Shown here one piece after another: positions 6,871 through 14,803 of a stretch of DNA of 18,239 nucleotides. This DNA comes from a virus (Duplodnaviria; Heunggongvirae; Uroviricota; Caudoviricetes): IMG/VR virus record IMGVR_UViG_2713896729_000006, positions 1-18,239 of that record; one strand, 5' to 3'. The position numbers were made by a program, and so were the translations under genes. Under the pieces are notes generated by a model. That model was not told the DNA's origin and made no database searches. It worked only from the letters and a program-made list of their open reading frames with translations. The stretch's first letter is position 1. Each line of letters opens with the position of its first letter.

Positions 6871-8908
6871 AATGTCCCTCCGCCCTAAAACGCATAAACG
6901 CGGCTGCACCTTCTGCAAGGTGCTTTTCCCAGGCATCCGGCGAAGTTAACGATGGGAGGCGTCCACGTTCACGTTTGAATTCAGCAGCACGCTTGGCGAT
7001 CACTTTGGCATCTTCAGGCGTGATCGAGGTACGCTTGGCCGAGATGGCCGCCGCGACCTGCTTCAAGCTATCTTCGCTCATTGTCTTAGCAAGGATGGCG
7101 TAGGCTTCACCAAAGGGATTGATGCGGTCGATAAGATCTATGTCTAAATCGCGTACGTCCATCGCAAAGCGACGCACTCCGTCAATAAGGGCAGTATTGA
7201 GCGTCCCATCGTTCTCGCCGTTGACAATACGCTTAGCCTGCTGCGTGAGATTAAGGGCGGCAATAGCGTGCTGACGCACAGCCTCCTGATCTTCAGCGCC
7301 AAGTTCAGGGTACTTTTCTTTGATGATCTTCCCCATACGAACCTGTGTTAATTCTTCAGGAATGAGCTCTTCGTCGAACAGTCCACGTTCGATGGCGGGC
7401 TTATCTTGCACAAAAGCCGCGATCACTTCATTTAAATCTTCCTGGCAGATGCGTGCCGCCTCTTTGCTCCTGGGCTCGGCAAGTCCCTTAATCTCGATTT
7501 GATACGTCCCTGTCTGCTCATTAACACCAAAATTGCAGTTATCCGGGTCATACCCTCCTTCACCATAATCAAAACCTGGGGTCGGGCCGCTTTCTGGGTT
7601 CTTAGGCTTGAACTCGAAGCGCGGAGCCAATACTTGCTCCATCAGCAGGCTTGCCGCGATGGCTTTCAAGGTATCGTTGACTGCCTCGGTGACTGCCCCC
7701 TCTACAGCATCCGGCTCGGCGATCAGGTTAGTAAACCTTGCGCGGGTTTTACCCGGCGCGTCGCGAGTGGCGCGACCGATGATCTGCACGATCTCAGTCA
7801 GGCTGGCACGGTAACCAACGGTCAACGCATGTTCGCACCAGATCCAGTCGAAACCTTCCTTCGCCATACCAAGTGCAATAATGATGTCCACATAATCACG
7901 GTCTGTCTTCATTTCTGCAGCACGGAGACTTTCCTGAATCTTGCCTTGGCTGGTTGGGTCCACCAGGTCAGCAATACGTAACACGCGTCCATCGAGGCAT
8001 TTGACTAGCTGAAAACCAGTCACAGGATCCGCTCCTTGCCAATCGCCAAGCTCGCCGAGAATGTGCTCCACCTCTTTGATTTTATCCTTCGTGCTCTCGC
8101 GCGAATTGACGTTGGGAATATGGATAATGGTCTTCTTGTCAGGATCGAGTACATTGAGGATGTCATCGACGTAGGAGCCACTGTAGAAGAAGTAGCCGAT
8201 ATCGAGTTGCTTGAGGTATTCGTAGCCGTTAAGTTGTTCGTAGTAGGTGTAGGTGACGGTATCGAACCTGGACTCATCCTGAGGAGCCAACACGGCCTCC
8301 GCATCACCCCGGAAGTAGGATCCGGTCATGGCAACGATGTGCGTCTTGTCCCGCGCGATAAACTGCCCCAGCTGCTGACCAAGCTTATTATCCGGGTTAG
8401 CTGACACATGGTGGAATTCATCGACCGCGATCAGGCGATCGTCAAACGCTTCTATACCGTAGGCATCGACCGCGAAGCGAAAGGTTGCGTGTGTGCAAAC
8501 AAGCACCTTGTCACTACTTTCAAGAAAAGAGCCAAAAGATCTTACCTTGCCACCGTTGTCGTTACCGGGCGCGTTGCACAGGTTCCACTTAGGTTCGACA
8601 TGCCAATCAGTCCAGAATCCAAACTGCGATAGCGGTTCATCGTTGAAGCTCGCGCCGATAGATTTTTCCGGCACAACGATGATTGCCTGTTTAATCCCTT
8701 GATTTTCGAGTTTGTCGAGTGCGACGAACATCAGAGCACGACTCTTACCGGAGGCGGGCGGCGACTTGATGAGAAGATATTGTTCTCCGCGCTTCTCATA
8801 GGCCCTTTCTTGCATAGGCCGCATCCCAAGAGCATTAGCCTTGGTCGATGCTCCGCTGCGTGAGTAGGTAACGGAAACGGACGGTACTGATTTAATCTTG
8901 TTGCTCAT
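6863..8908 (-). CDS. Superfamily 2 DEAD/DEAH-box helicase/ATPase (681 aa); second gene of the operon (YeeB-like)
   Basis: Walker A (LLIKSPPASGKSRAL), DExH box (LIAVDEFHHV), motif III-like (MTGS) and motif VI (QIIGRATR) in order, then a C-terminal extension of about 300 aa. Start ATG overlaps the methyltransferase stop (ATGA at 8905-8908). Confidence 0.85.
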   Translation of the reverse strand: MSNKIKSVPSVSVTYSRSGASTKANALGMRPMQERAYEKRGEQYLLIKSPPASGKSRALMFVALDKLENQGIKQAIIVVPEKSIGASFNDEPLSQFGFWTDWHVEPKWNLCNAPGNDNGGKVRSFGSFLESSDKVLVCTHATFRFAVDAYGIEAFDDRLIAVDEFHHVSANPDNKLGQQLGQFIARDKTHIVAMTGSYFRGDAEAVLAPQDESRFDTVTYTYYEQLNGYEYLKQLDIGYFFYSGSYVDDILNVLDPDKKTIIHIPNVNSRESTKDKIKEVEHILGELGDWQGADPVTGFQLVKCLDGRVLRIADLVDPTSQGKIQESLRAAEMKTDRDYVDIIIALGMAKEGFDWIWCEHALTVGYRASLTEIVQIIGRATRDAPGKTRARFTNLIAEPDAVEGAVTEAVNDTLKAIAASLLMEQVLAPRFEFKPKNPESGPTPGFDYGEGGYDPDNCNFGVNEQTGTYQIEIKGLAEPRSKEAARICQEDLNEVIAAFVQDKPAIERGLFDEELIPEELTQVRMGKIIKEKYPELGAEDQEAVRQHAIAALNLTQQAKRIVNGENDGTLNTALIDGVRRFAMDVRDLDIDLIDRINPFGEAYAILAKTMSEDSLKQVAAAISAKRTSITPEDAKVIAKRAAEFKRERGRLPSLTSPDAWEKHLAEGAAAFMRFRAEGHYE

Positions 8909-11712
8909 GCATTAGTTCTCACTTTACGCTTCTTGCCTTTGGCCGGTGCAGCAGAAGCGGCCATCTTTATATAAAGATCAAATAGCTTTTCAAGCCGCTC
9001 TGTATCATTCTTAAAGCGACGGCCGATGTAGATGCGCTCCAGTACTTCATCATTGCGATCATGCGCAGCCCGCAGATCAGTAGGCATGTTAGCAGGATCG
9101 TATAGGTCCGCGATGGTCGCGGGAAAATGATGCTCACGCGCCAGAAGTATGTCCTCCGCGCAGCGTGTGAGGTCAGCCTTGTTTTTTTCTGTGAGTTTTG
9201 GTACTGGGAAGGTGTTCCAGCCGAGGGTGTTAGAGTAGCGGTAGCGTGTTTCCAATTTTCCGCAGATGGTGGCGATCCAAACCAGGTGTAGACGAGATGC
9301 AATGAGCGCAAGATTCCAGAGCGGAGCGTCGTAGAGAGCAAAGGCGAGGTTACTGACTACCGAATGATTATCAATCAGTCCAACAGGAAGATACTCGCGC
9401 CCTTCCGATGAAACCCCCGGTAGAATCAGCGTGTGCTTGCCACCGTGATACATTTCGCGAAACTGATGAGCCCGTGATGCTAACTCATTCGTACCAGCAT
9501 CTTTACTTTTGAGCCGCATTTCCCGAACGCCATCAATCCGACCCCGAATAGACGCAATCTCCAAAGCTTGCGGCAATTTTACATCAGGGATCCAGAGGCA
9601 CTTACGTACTACTCCGCGAATAAACTCGGCAGAACCATAGATGCGCCGAAGAAATGTCTCTTCATCCTGCTTGCTCAAACCGAGCGAAACCGCGTCATCC
9701 GCCGATAACAAAAGATTTCCCCCATCGACGGGCATGTTGCCAAAAGACATATCCGGCAGACCCGATATGCTCTTGCGCTGGCCCTCGACTACAACATCCT
9801 CACCAACACTCAGATAGGGCGTGATGTTTGTCGCCTCGCGTACAGTAGTTTGGCCATTGCGGTCCAAGTCGTAAAGTAGCCTTGTCTTACTCACATCCGT
9901 AGATAGGCCGACGATAGCGACTGTTACACCCGCGTTGTGTGCAGCAAGGTTCGTCCATTTGAAGCTGGAGTGCGCGAAGCGAATGTGGGAGCCACATTTG
10001 AAAATTGCTGGCCACAGGATAGGAACAATTCGGCCTTGACAGATAGAGTTGGTGCTAACAAAAGCCGAATCCGTTGGTGTGGCTTGCGCGTAGGCAGCAG
10101 CTTTCATGAACCAACCACCAACATAATCGATTTGTTTAGACGAAATACCATAAGGTTCAAATACCGAAGCCAAATCCGCTTTCTGCTCTTTAGTCTGCGT
10201 TTGGCTACCTTTGTAAGGTGGGTTACCACAGATGTATGTCTCCCCACCTTCGTTCTGAAAGCCAATCTCTGCTTGACCGAGAGGCGTCTCAAAGAGGTTA
10301 TCTGCCTGCAACTTCACGCCAATTCCGGACGGAGGGCAAACGCTCAACCAATCAATCCGCAATGCGTTGCCACATGTAATCCAATTATCATTACGCAGAG
10401 GAAGAAACTCGGCCAGTGCAAGTTTTAGTCCCCGGTACACCACATCGCACTGATACTCAGCAATAACTAGCGCGAGACGGGCAATCTCCGCAGGGAAATC
10501 TCGTATTTCGATCCCGCGAAAGTTGGTAAGAGGGATGTCAGAGGCATTATCCATCTCGCCACGTCGTCGATTAATCTCGGCCTCGATGGCTCGCATTTCC
10601 TTGTACGCAATCACTAAGAAGTTGCCAGATCCACATGCTGGGTCGAATACGCGGATTCGGGCCATACGCTTGCGCAGATTGAGCAGCATGCGCGGATTGT
10701 CACCGGCTTCATCCAGTTTCGCCCGCAGTTCGTCGAGGAATAGTGGGTTAAGCACCTTGAGTATATTGGGGACACTAGTGTAATGCATTCCCAACTCACC
10801 ACGCTCTTCGTCTTCGGTAATGGCCTGAATCATCGAGCCGAATATGTCTGGGTTGATTTTGGTCCAATCCAGATTGCCAACATGTAGAAGATAGGATCGC
10901 GCAATACGGCTGAAGCGCGGTACCTCCTCACTTCCCGAGAAAAGAGCGCCGTTTACATAAGGAAACTCAGCAGCCCAACGCGGGATACCGACAACACTTC
11001 GCTCATCGCGTGGGGTGTTCATTGCACGAAACAACGTGGCGATGACCTCGTGCAAATTAGAAGCGTCGCGCTCACTCATCTGCGCAATAGTGTCAGTAAA
11101 GCGCCCCTTGCCTATAAATATGTCAGTGTCTTCGGCGAAAAAGCAGAAAATTAGACGCGCCATGAACTTGTTCATGTCATGACGACGCCCCGAAGTACCC
11201 CATTCAGGATTGTCTTTTAACAGTTCGACGTACAGGCGGTTCAAACGGCTAGTAGCACGGATGTCAAAGGCGTCTTCGCTGATCTGCCGAACAGTGCTGA
11301 TACCTGCCAATGGCAAAAAGAAGCCGAAGTGATCGGGAAAGTCTTTAAAGGCACAAGCCACAGTCTGACCACTGTTGAGGTCCTCGGCTTCAAAGTATTT
11401 GCCGTCCGTGGCAAGGATGAATTTCGCCTTGGCCTTGCCTGTTGCCGGGCTGGCCTTAAGTGCAGCCAGCATCTGTGTGACTTGGCCCCCTTCACTGGCC
11501 AGAATGTGGATGTTGTTTGTCTGAAGAACACCACCCAAGTCGGACTTATTCGATGCCCCGGCGCGCAGACGTTTGATGGTCGTTTCCTTGTTACCAAAGG
11601 CTTCAAGAAAAGCATAAGGAAACTCTATAGGATCAAAGGGTTGTTCCGCAAGATCCGTGATGGCTTGCTCAATTTCTACGGCGTTCATTTGCGTACAGTT
11701 CTCCATTGGCAT
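8905..11712 (-). CDS. MmeI-family (Type IIL/IIG-like) gamma-class N6-adenine DNA methyltransferase with C-terminal target-recognition region (935 aa); first gene of the operon (YeeA/PglX-like)
   Basis: Motif X-like (LGMHYTSVPNILKVLNPLFLDEL), motif I (VFDPACGSGNFLV) and motif IV (CGNPPYKGSQTQTKEQKADL) in gamma order. Further MmeI-like blocks: RLIFCFFAEDTDIF, FPYVNGALF, LDWTKINPDIFGS, SAFVSTNSICQG, LETRYRYSNTLGWNTFP, LYDPANMPTDLRAAH. The N-terminal 100 residues show no obvious D...ExK nuclease motif by eye. The true start may be the Met at residue 9 (MNAVEIEQ). Confidence 0.88.
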   Translation of the reverse strand: MPMENCTQMNAVEIEQAITDLAEQPFDPIEFPYAFLEAFGNKETTIKRLRAGASNKSDLGGVLQTNNIHILASEGGQVTQMLAALKASPATGKAKAKFILATDGKYFEAEDLNSGQTVACAFKDFPDHFGFFLPLAGISTVRQISEDAFDIRATSRLNRLYVELLKDNPEWGTSGRRHDMNKFMARLIFCFFAEDTDIFIGKGRFTDTIAQMSERDASNLHEVIATLFRAMNTPRDERSVVGIPRWAAEFPYVNGALFSGSEEVPRFSRIARSYLLHVGNLDWTKINPDIFGSMIQAITEDEERGELGMHYTSVPNILKVLNPLFLDELRAKLDEAGDNPRMLLNLRKRMARIRVFDPACGSGNFLVIAYKEMRAIEAEINRRRGEMDNASDIPLTNFRGIEIRDFPAEIARLALVIAEYQCDVVYRGLKLALAEFLPLRNDNWITCGNALRIDWLSVCPPSGIGVKLQADNLFETPLGQAEIGFQNEGGETYICGNPPYKGSQTQTKEQKADLASVFEPYGISSKQIDYVGGWFMKAAAYAQATPTDSAFVSTNSICQGRIVPILWPAIFKCGSHIRFAHSSFKWTNLAAHNAGVTVAIVGLSTDVSKTRLLYDLDRNGQTTVREATNITPYLSVGEDVVVEGQRKSISGLPDMSFGNMPVDGGNLLLSADDAVSLGLSKQDEETFLRRIYGSAEFIRGVVRKCLWIPDVKLPQALEIASIRGRIDGVREMRLKSKDAGTNELASRAHQFREMYHGGKHTLILPGVSSEGREYLPVGLIDNHSVVSNLAFALYDAPLWNLALIASRLHLVWIATICGKLETRYRYSNTLGWNTFPVPKLTEKNKADLTRCAEDILLAREHHFPATIADLYDPANMPTDLRAAHDRNDEVLERIYIGRRFKNDTERLEKLFDLYIKMAASAAPAKGKKRKVRTNA

Positions 11713-11993
11713 GTGACCGCCCTGCTGCTACTGGTGTGCAGTGAACTCATGTCATATCCTAGGTTTTCTTGGAAATTTTTGACCGTAAGTTTAACAGAAT
11801 AGAACCCAGCGCTGTAGCTGATTCAGTCTCAGATCCACGTTTCAGAAAGCCCTATTATGTATTTATGGCGAGAATTTTAGCATTGAGATATTTTCGATAA
11901 AATATACATATTTTCAGCCAATTAAAGACTGCTAAATTCATGGTATATGAGACGCTCGCATGTGAGTAACTTCCGTTCTTATTTCTGGTTTTC
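11713..11993 (-). promoter_or_regulatory. AT-rich intergenic region upstream of the methyltransferase gene; probable promoter region for the operon (elements not mapped)
   Basis: About 280 bp of AT-rich non-coding sequence between the IS66 remnant and the operon start, with no convincing ORF on the operon strand. Confidence 0.3.
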
Positions 11994-13316
11994 TTAAAAC
12001 GTATTAAGGTTGCACCGAATATGGTTTTCCCCGCTGACCCTGACCCGATTGACTGTCCAGTCAGCTATGACGTCAAGCACATGACGAAGGTAGCTTTCTG
12101 GATCCACGCCGTTTAGTTTGCACGTCCCGATCAGACTGTACATCAGCGCTACACGCTCACCTCCGTGGTCTGAGCCGAAGAACAGCCAGTTTTTTCTCCC
12201 CAAACTGACCATCCGCAGCGCATTTTCAGCGATGTTGTTATCGGCTTCTGTCCAGCCATTGCCTGCATAGTGCGTCAGGGCCGGCCACTGGTTAAGGGCG
12301 TACGCGAACGCTTTCGCCAGCTCTGAGTGTCGTGACAGGGTGTTCATCTTTTCACGCAGCCAGCTTTCCAGGGATTTCAGCAGCGGTTTCGCTTTCTGCT
12401 GACGTTCAGCAAGACGTTGCTCCGCCGGCATTCCCCTTATTTCCGCCCCGATGGCATACAACCCGCCGATACGCTTCAGGGCATCCTCCGTCAGCGCCGA
12501 CGGCGTGCGGGCGTACACATCGTGGATTTTACGGCGGGCGTGAGCCCAGCAGGCGGCTTCCGTTATCTGGCCACCGCGGTACAACTCGTTGAATCCTGCA
12601 TACGCATCCGCCTGCAGCACTCCCCTGAAGCCGGCAAGATGGGTCTGCGGGTGGATGGCTTTTCTGTCCGGGCTGTAAGCGAACCACACCGCCGGTGCGA
12701 CTGCTGACCCGGCGTTGCGGTCATCACGAACGTACTTCCACAATCGCCCGGACTTCGTCTTCTTATTGCCCGACAGCAGCATCTGGACCGGGGTATCATC
12801 GACATGGAGTTTGCCGTCGCTCAGGACATAGCCCCGAAGCGCCTCCTCCAGCGGTGACAGCAGCCTGCAGCATGCATCCACCCAGCCCGACAGGAGGGAG
12901 CGGCTCAGTTCCACACCCTGGCGGCTATATATTTCAGACTGGCGGTACAGCGGGGTATGCTCTGCATACTTTGAGCCCAGTACCCGGGCCAGCAGCCCCG
13001 CTCCGGCGATACTCCGCTCGATGGGACGTGAAGGCGCGGGGGCCTGCACGATAGCGTCGCATTTTGTACAGGCGTGTTTTTCCCGCACGGTCCGGATAAC
13101 CCGGAAGGCGCTGCGCATCAGCTCCAGCTGTTCAGCAGTATCTTCACCCAGCCAGCGCAGTGAATCGCCACAGTCCGGGCAGCATGATGCCGCCGACAAC
13201 AGCCGTTTTTCGTCACGAGGGAGTGATTCGGGGAACGGTTTACGGGTGCGGGTCTGGCGAAGCGACCACGCTCCAGCCGTTTGGTCAGCAGACACAGCCT
13301 GTCGCCGGTAGACCAC
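11994..13316 (-). pseudogene. tnpC: IS66-family transposase TnpC, lacking the N-terminal leucine-zipper segment and with an aberrant C-terminus
   Basis: Zinc-finger region (CCPDCGDSL...ACTKCD) and the conserved IS66 core are present. The ORF is about 440 aa against roughly 510-540 aa for intact TnpC, and the last 20 residues do not resemble the family C-terminus. Confidence 0.7.
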
Positions 13317-13486
13317 AGCAATTTTACCTGACTGCCACTGCAGCCCCGGAAGATGAAGACTTGGCCGGACATCGGGTCGTCTTTCAGTGCCGTCTGCACT
13401 TTTGCCGCCAGCCCGTTGAAGCCGTTGCGCATGTCGGTGATACCGGCAACCAGCCAGATTTTAGTGCCTGCAGGAAGATTTATCAT
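13118..13486 (-). pseudogene. tnpB: IS66-family TnpB (orf2), C-terminally aberrant; likely fused to tnpC by an internal deletion
   Basis: MINLPAGTKIWLVAGITDMRNGFNGLAAKVQTALKDDPMSGQVFIFRG...LWSTGDRLCLLTKRLERGRF is canonical IS66 TnpB for about 80 residues. The rest diverges and the ORF overlaps the tnpC frame by about 200 bp. Confidence 0.6.
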
Positions 13487-13866
13487 ACAGTCCCTCGCAT
13501 CAGTTCGCGCAGGACAGTGGTGATGAGTTCAGTTGAGGGATGAGTCAGTGTTATATCTCCGCCCCGACATTTTATGTGACAGGCAGTCTGAGGTGAACAG
13601 GATGGCGGTTCGGGCGTTGGGGGAGATGGCTCTGCCCGAAATTGCACGGGTATGAGAGCAGGAAGCGACGATGCGTTTTTCCGTGGGTGGCAGACCCGCC
13701 CTTCACGTTGCCAGAGCCTTATCCATTTAAAGAGCAGGTTGTCATTGACATCATGTTGTCGGGCCAGCGCAGCAACACTTCCTTCTTTTTCAAGTGCCAG
13801 CCTGACCAGTTCCATTTTAAACTCAGGGGAATATCGTTTTCGGGGAAGTCTTTCTTTGGCGCGCAT
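13483..13866 (-). CDS. tnpA: IS66-family accessory protein TnpA (orf1), 127 aa
   Basis: MRAKERLPRKRYSPEFKMELVRLALEKEGSVAALARQHDVNDNLLFKW... matches the IS66 orf1 pattern. Stop overlaps the tnpB start (ATGA). Confidence 0.8.
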   Translation of the reverse strand: MRAKERLPRKRYSPEFKMELVRLALEKEGSVAALARQHDVNDNLLFKWIRLWQREGRVCHPRKNASSLPALIPVQFRAEPSPPTPEPPSCSPQTACHIKCRGGDITLTHPSTELITTVLRELMRGTV

Positions 13867-14145
13867 TAGGTGTCCACCTGCAAATTAAGTGGGGGCTTAA
13901 GTTACAGGATAGTGGTTTCAGAGCCAGACGTTTTTGAGACAACGCTTACTCTAAACCCAAGCGTAAATGTCTATTATTGGCAAAATACCACCAGCCAACA
14001 TGAGCTGTGATGTAAAGTTGACACTGCTACAGTTACATGAGCCTGTTTATATTCTAAATAAATTCAGATAGATATTATCTCCGTGAATCCCCCGCCTCCC
14101 TGACCGGAGCGCGGGAATTTTTGTTTTTCACGCTGAGAACCCTGT

Positions 14146-14250
14146 ATGAATAAAACTGATGGCCTTCAGGCCCTGGAAAAACCGCTGGCGTCGCTTCCCG
14201 ATACGCTTCGCCAGCTTATTCTTGAACGTATTCAGAATCTGACCCACTAC
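14146..14250 (+). CDS. 5' fragment (35 codons) of an unidentified gene, cut by an N10 run
   Basis: ATG at 14146 opens MNKTDGLQALEKPLASLPDTLRQLILERIQNLTHY, running into the N-run at 14251. Product not recognised. Confidence 0.3.
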
Positions 14251-14260
14251 NNNNNNNNNN
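14251..14260. other. Run of 10 N (gap or masked junction)
   Basis: Exactly ten ambiguous bases separating unrelated sequence blocks. Confidence 0.95.
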
Positions 14261-14335
14261 GCCGTTGCCGAACGTAGGCCGGATAAGGCGTTCACGCCGC
14301 ATCCGGCAATCGGTGCACGATGCCTGATGCGACGC
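14261..14335. repeat. REP/BIME element (E. coli repetitive extragenic palindromic sequences)
   Basis: GTAGGCCGGATAAGGCGTTCACGCCGCATCCGGCA is the reverse complement of the canonical REP unit; a second REP begins at GCCTGATGCGACGC and is cut by the next N-run. Confidence 0.85.
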
Positions 14336-14345
14336 NNNNNNNNNN
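14336..14345. other. Run of 10 N (gap or masked junction)
   Basis: Exactly ten ambiguous bases. Confidence 0.95.
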
Positions 14346-14521
14346 GCCCCTGCAGCGGGTCATAATAGCGGTGGCGGTTGTAATACAGGCCGGACTCCTC
14401 ATCATACTGCTGACCCGGCAGGCGAATGAGCTGCTGCAGATGATGCGGGTTCTCATCACTCAGCAGGTTGCCCCATTCATCATATTCTGCGCACCACGCT
14501 GTTGCCCCTTCCGTGCTGATG
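14346..14521 (-). pseudogene. Fragment of an Rhs/YD-repeat protein core, bounded by N-runs on both sides
   Basis: Minus-strand translation [58 protein letters not shown] contains the Rhs core signature ([10 protein letters not shown]). Confidence 0.8.
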
Positions 14522-14531
14522 NNNNNNNNNN
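14522..14531. other. Run of 10 N (gap or masked junction)
   Basis: Exactly ten ambiguous bases. Confidence 0.95.
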
Positions 14532-14793
14532 CGAGCTGCTGCACCATATTCCTGAACAACTGAGCAAACGAGAGAGGTATACCGACAAATGGCAGCGACG
14601 CACACACTCCCTCTGGCGTCACCGGGCATGGCGCGCATCTGCCTTTACGGGGATTTACAACGATTTGGCCGCCGCATCGACCTTCGTGTGAAAACGGGGG
14701 CTGAAGCCATTCGGGCGCTGGCCACACAGCTCCCGGCGTTTCGTCAGAAACTGAGCGACGGCTGGTATCAGGTACGGATTGCCGGGCAGGATG
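14532..14793 (+). pseudogene. Second, divergent copy of a lambdoid tail K 3' end and I 5' end, bounded by N-runs
   Basis: Encodes ...ELLHHIPEQLSKRERYTDKWQRRTHSLWRHRAWRASAFTGIYNDLAAASTFV (K C-terminus) and, overlapping, MAATHTLPLASPGMARICLYGDLQRFGRRIDLRVKTGAEAIRALATQLPAFRQKLSDGWYQVRIAGQD (I N-terminus). Near-identical to 16832-17094 with roughly a dozen substitutions counted by eye. Confidence 0.8.
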
Positions 14794-14803
14794 NNNNNNN
14801 NNN
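14794..14803. other. Run of 10 N (gap or masked junction)
   Basis: Exactly ten ambiguous bases. Confidence 0.95.

Larger units (their letters stand above)
11994..13949 (-). mobile_element. IS66-family insertion sequence remnant (tnpA-tnpB-tnpC); internally deleted and truncated at the tnpC end
   Basis: Three overlapping minus-strand ORFs with IS66 TnpA, TnpB and TnpC signatures. The minus strand reads GTAAGCGTTGTCTC... ending near 13949, consistent with an IS66-type terminal repeat. Span is about 1.96 kb against roughly 2.5-2.7 kb for intact members. No matching repeat found at the low-coordinate end. Confidence 0.75.

Noticed and set aside
5692-6936. Longer 414-aa version of the GIY-YIG-like ORF starting at MPGKSTLQ
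   Set aside because: The extra 22 codons would lie inside the helicase coding sequence. The ATG at 6870 gives classic stop/start overlap coupling and begins at the repeated acidic motif, so the shorter form is preferred.
7499-10428. Plus-strand ORFs (122-163 aa) inside the helicase and methyltransferase genes
   Set aside because: Antisense to long, motif-rich coding sequences, with low-complexity translations; treated as chance ORFs.
11713-11993. Possible missing right terminal repeat of IS66 near the operon promoter
   Set aside because: No GTAAGCG-type inverted repeat matching the 13949 end was found on the plus strand here, so the element is called truncated rather than complete.
12332-13311. 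Several plus-strand ORFs (86-119 aa) inside the IS66 tnpC region
   Set aside because: Pro/Arg/Gly-rich antisense frames within a GC-rich transposase gene; no recognisable domains.
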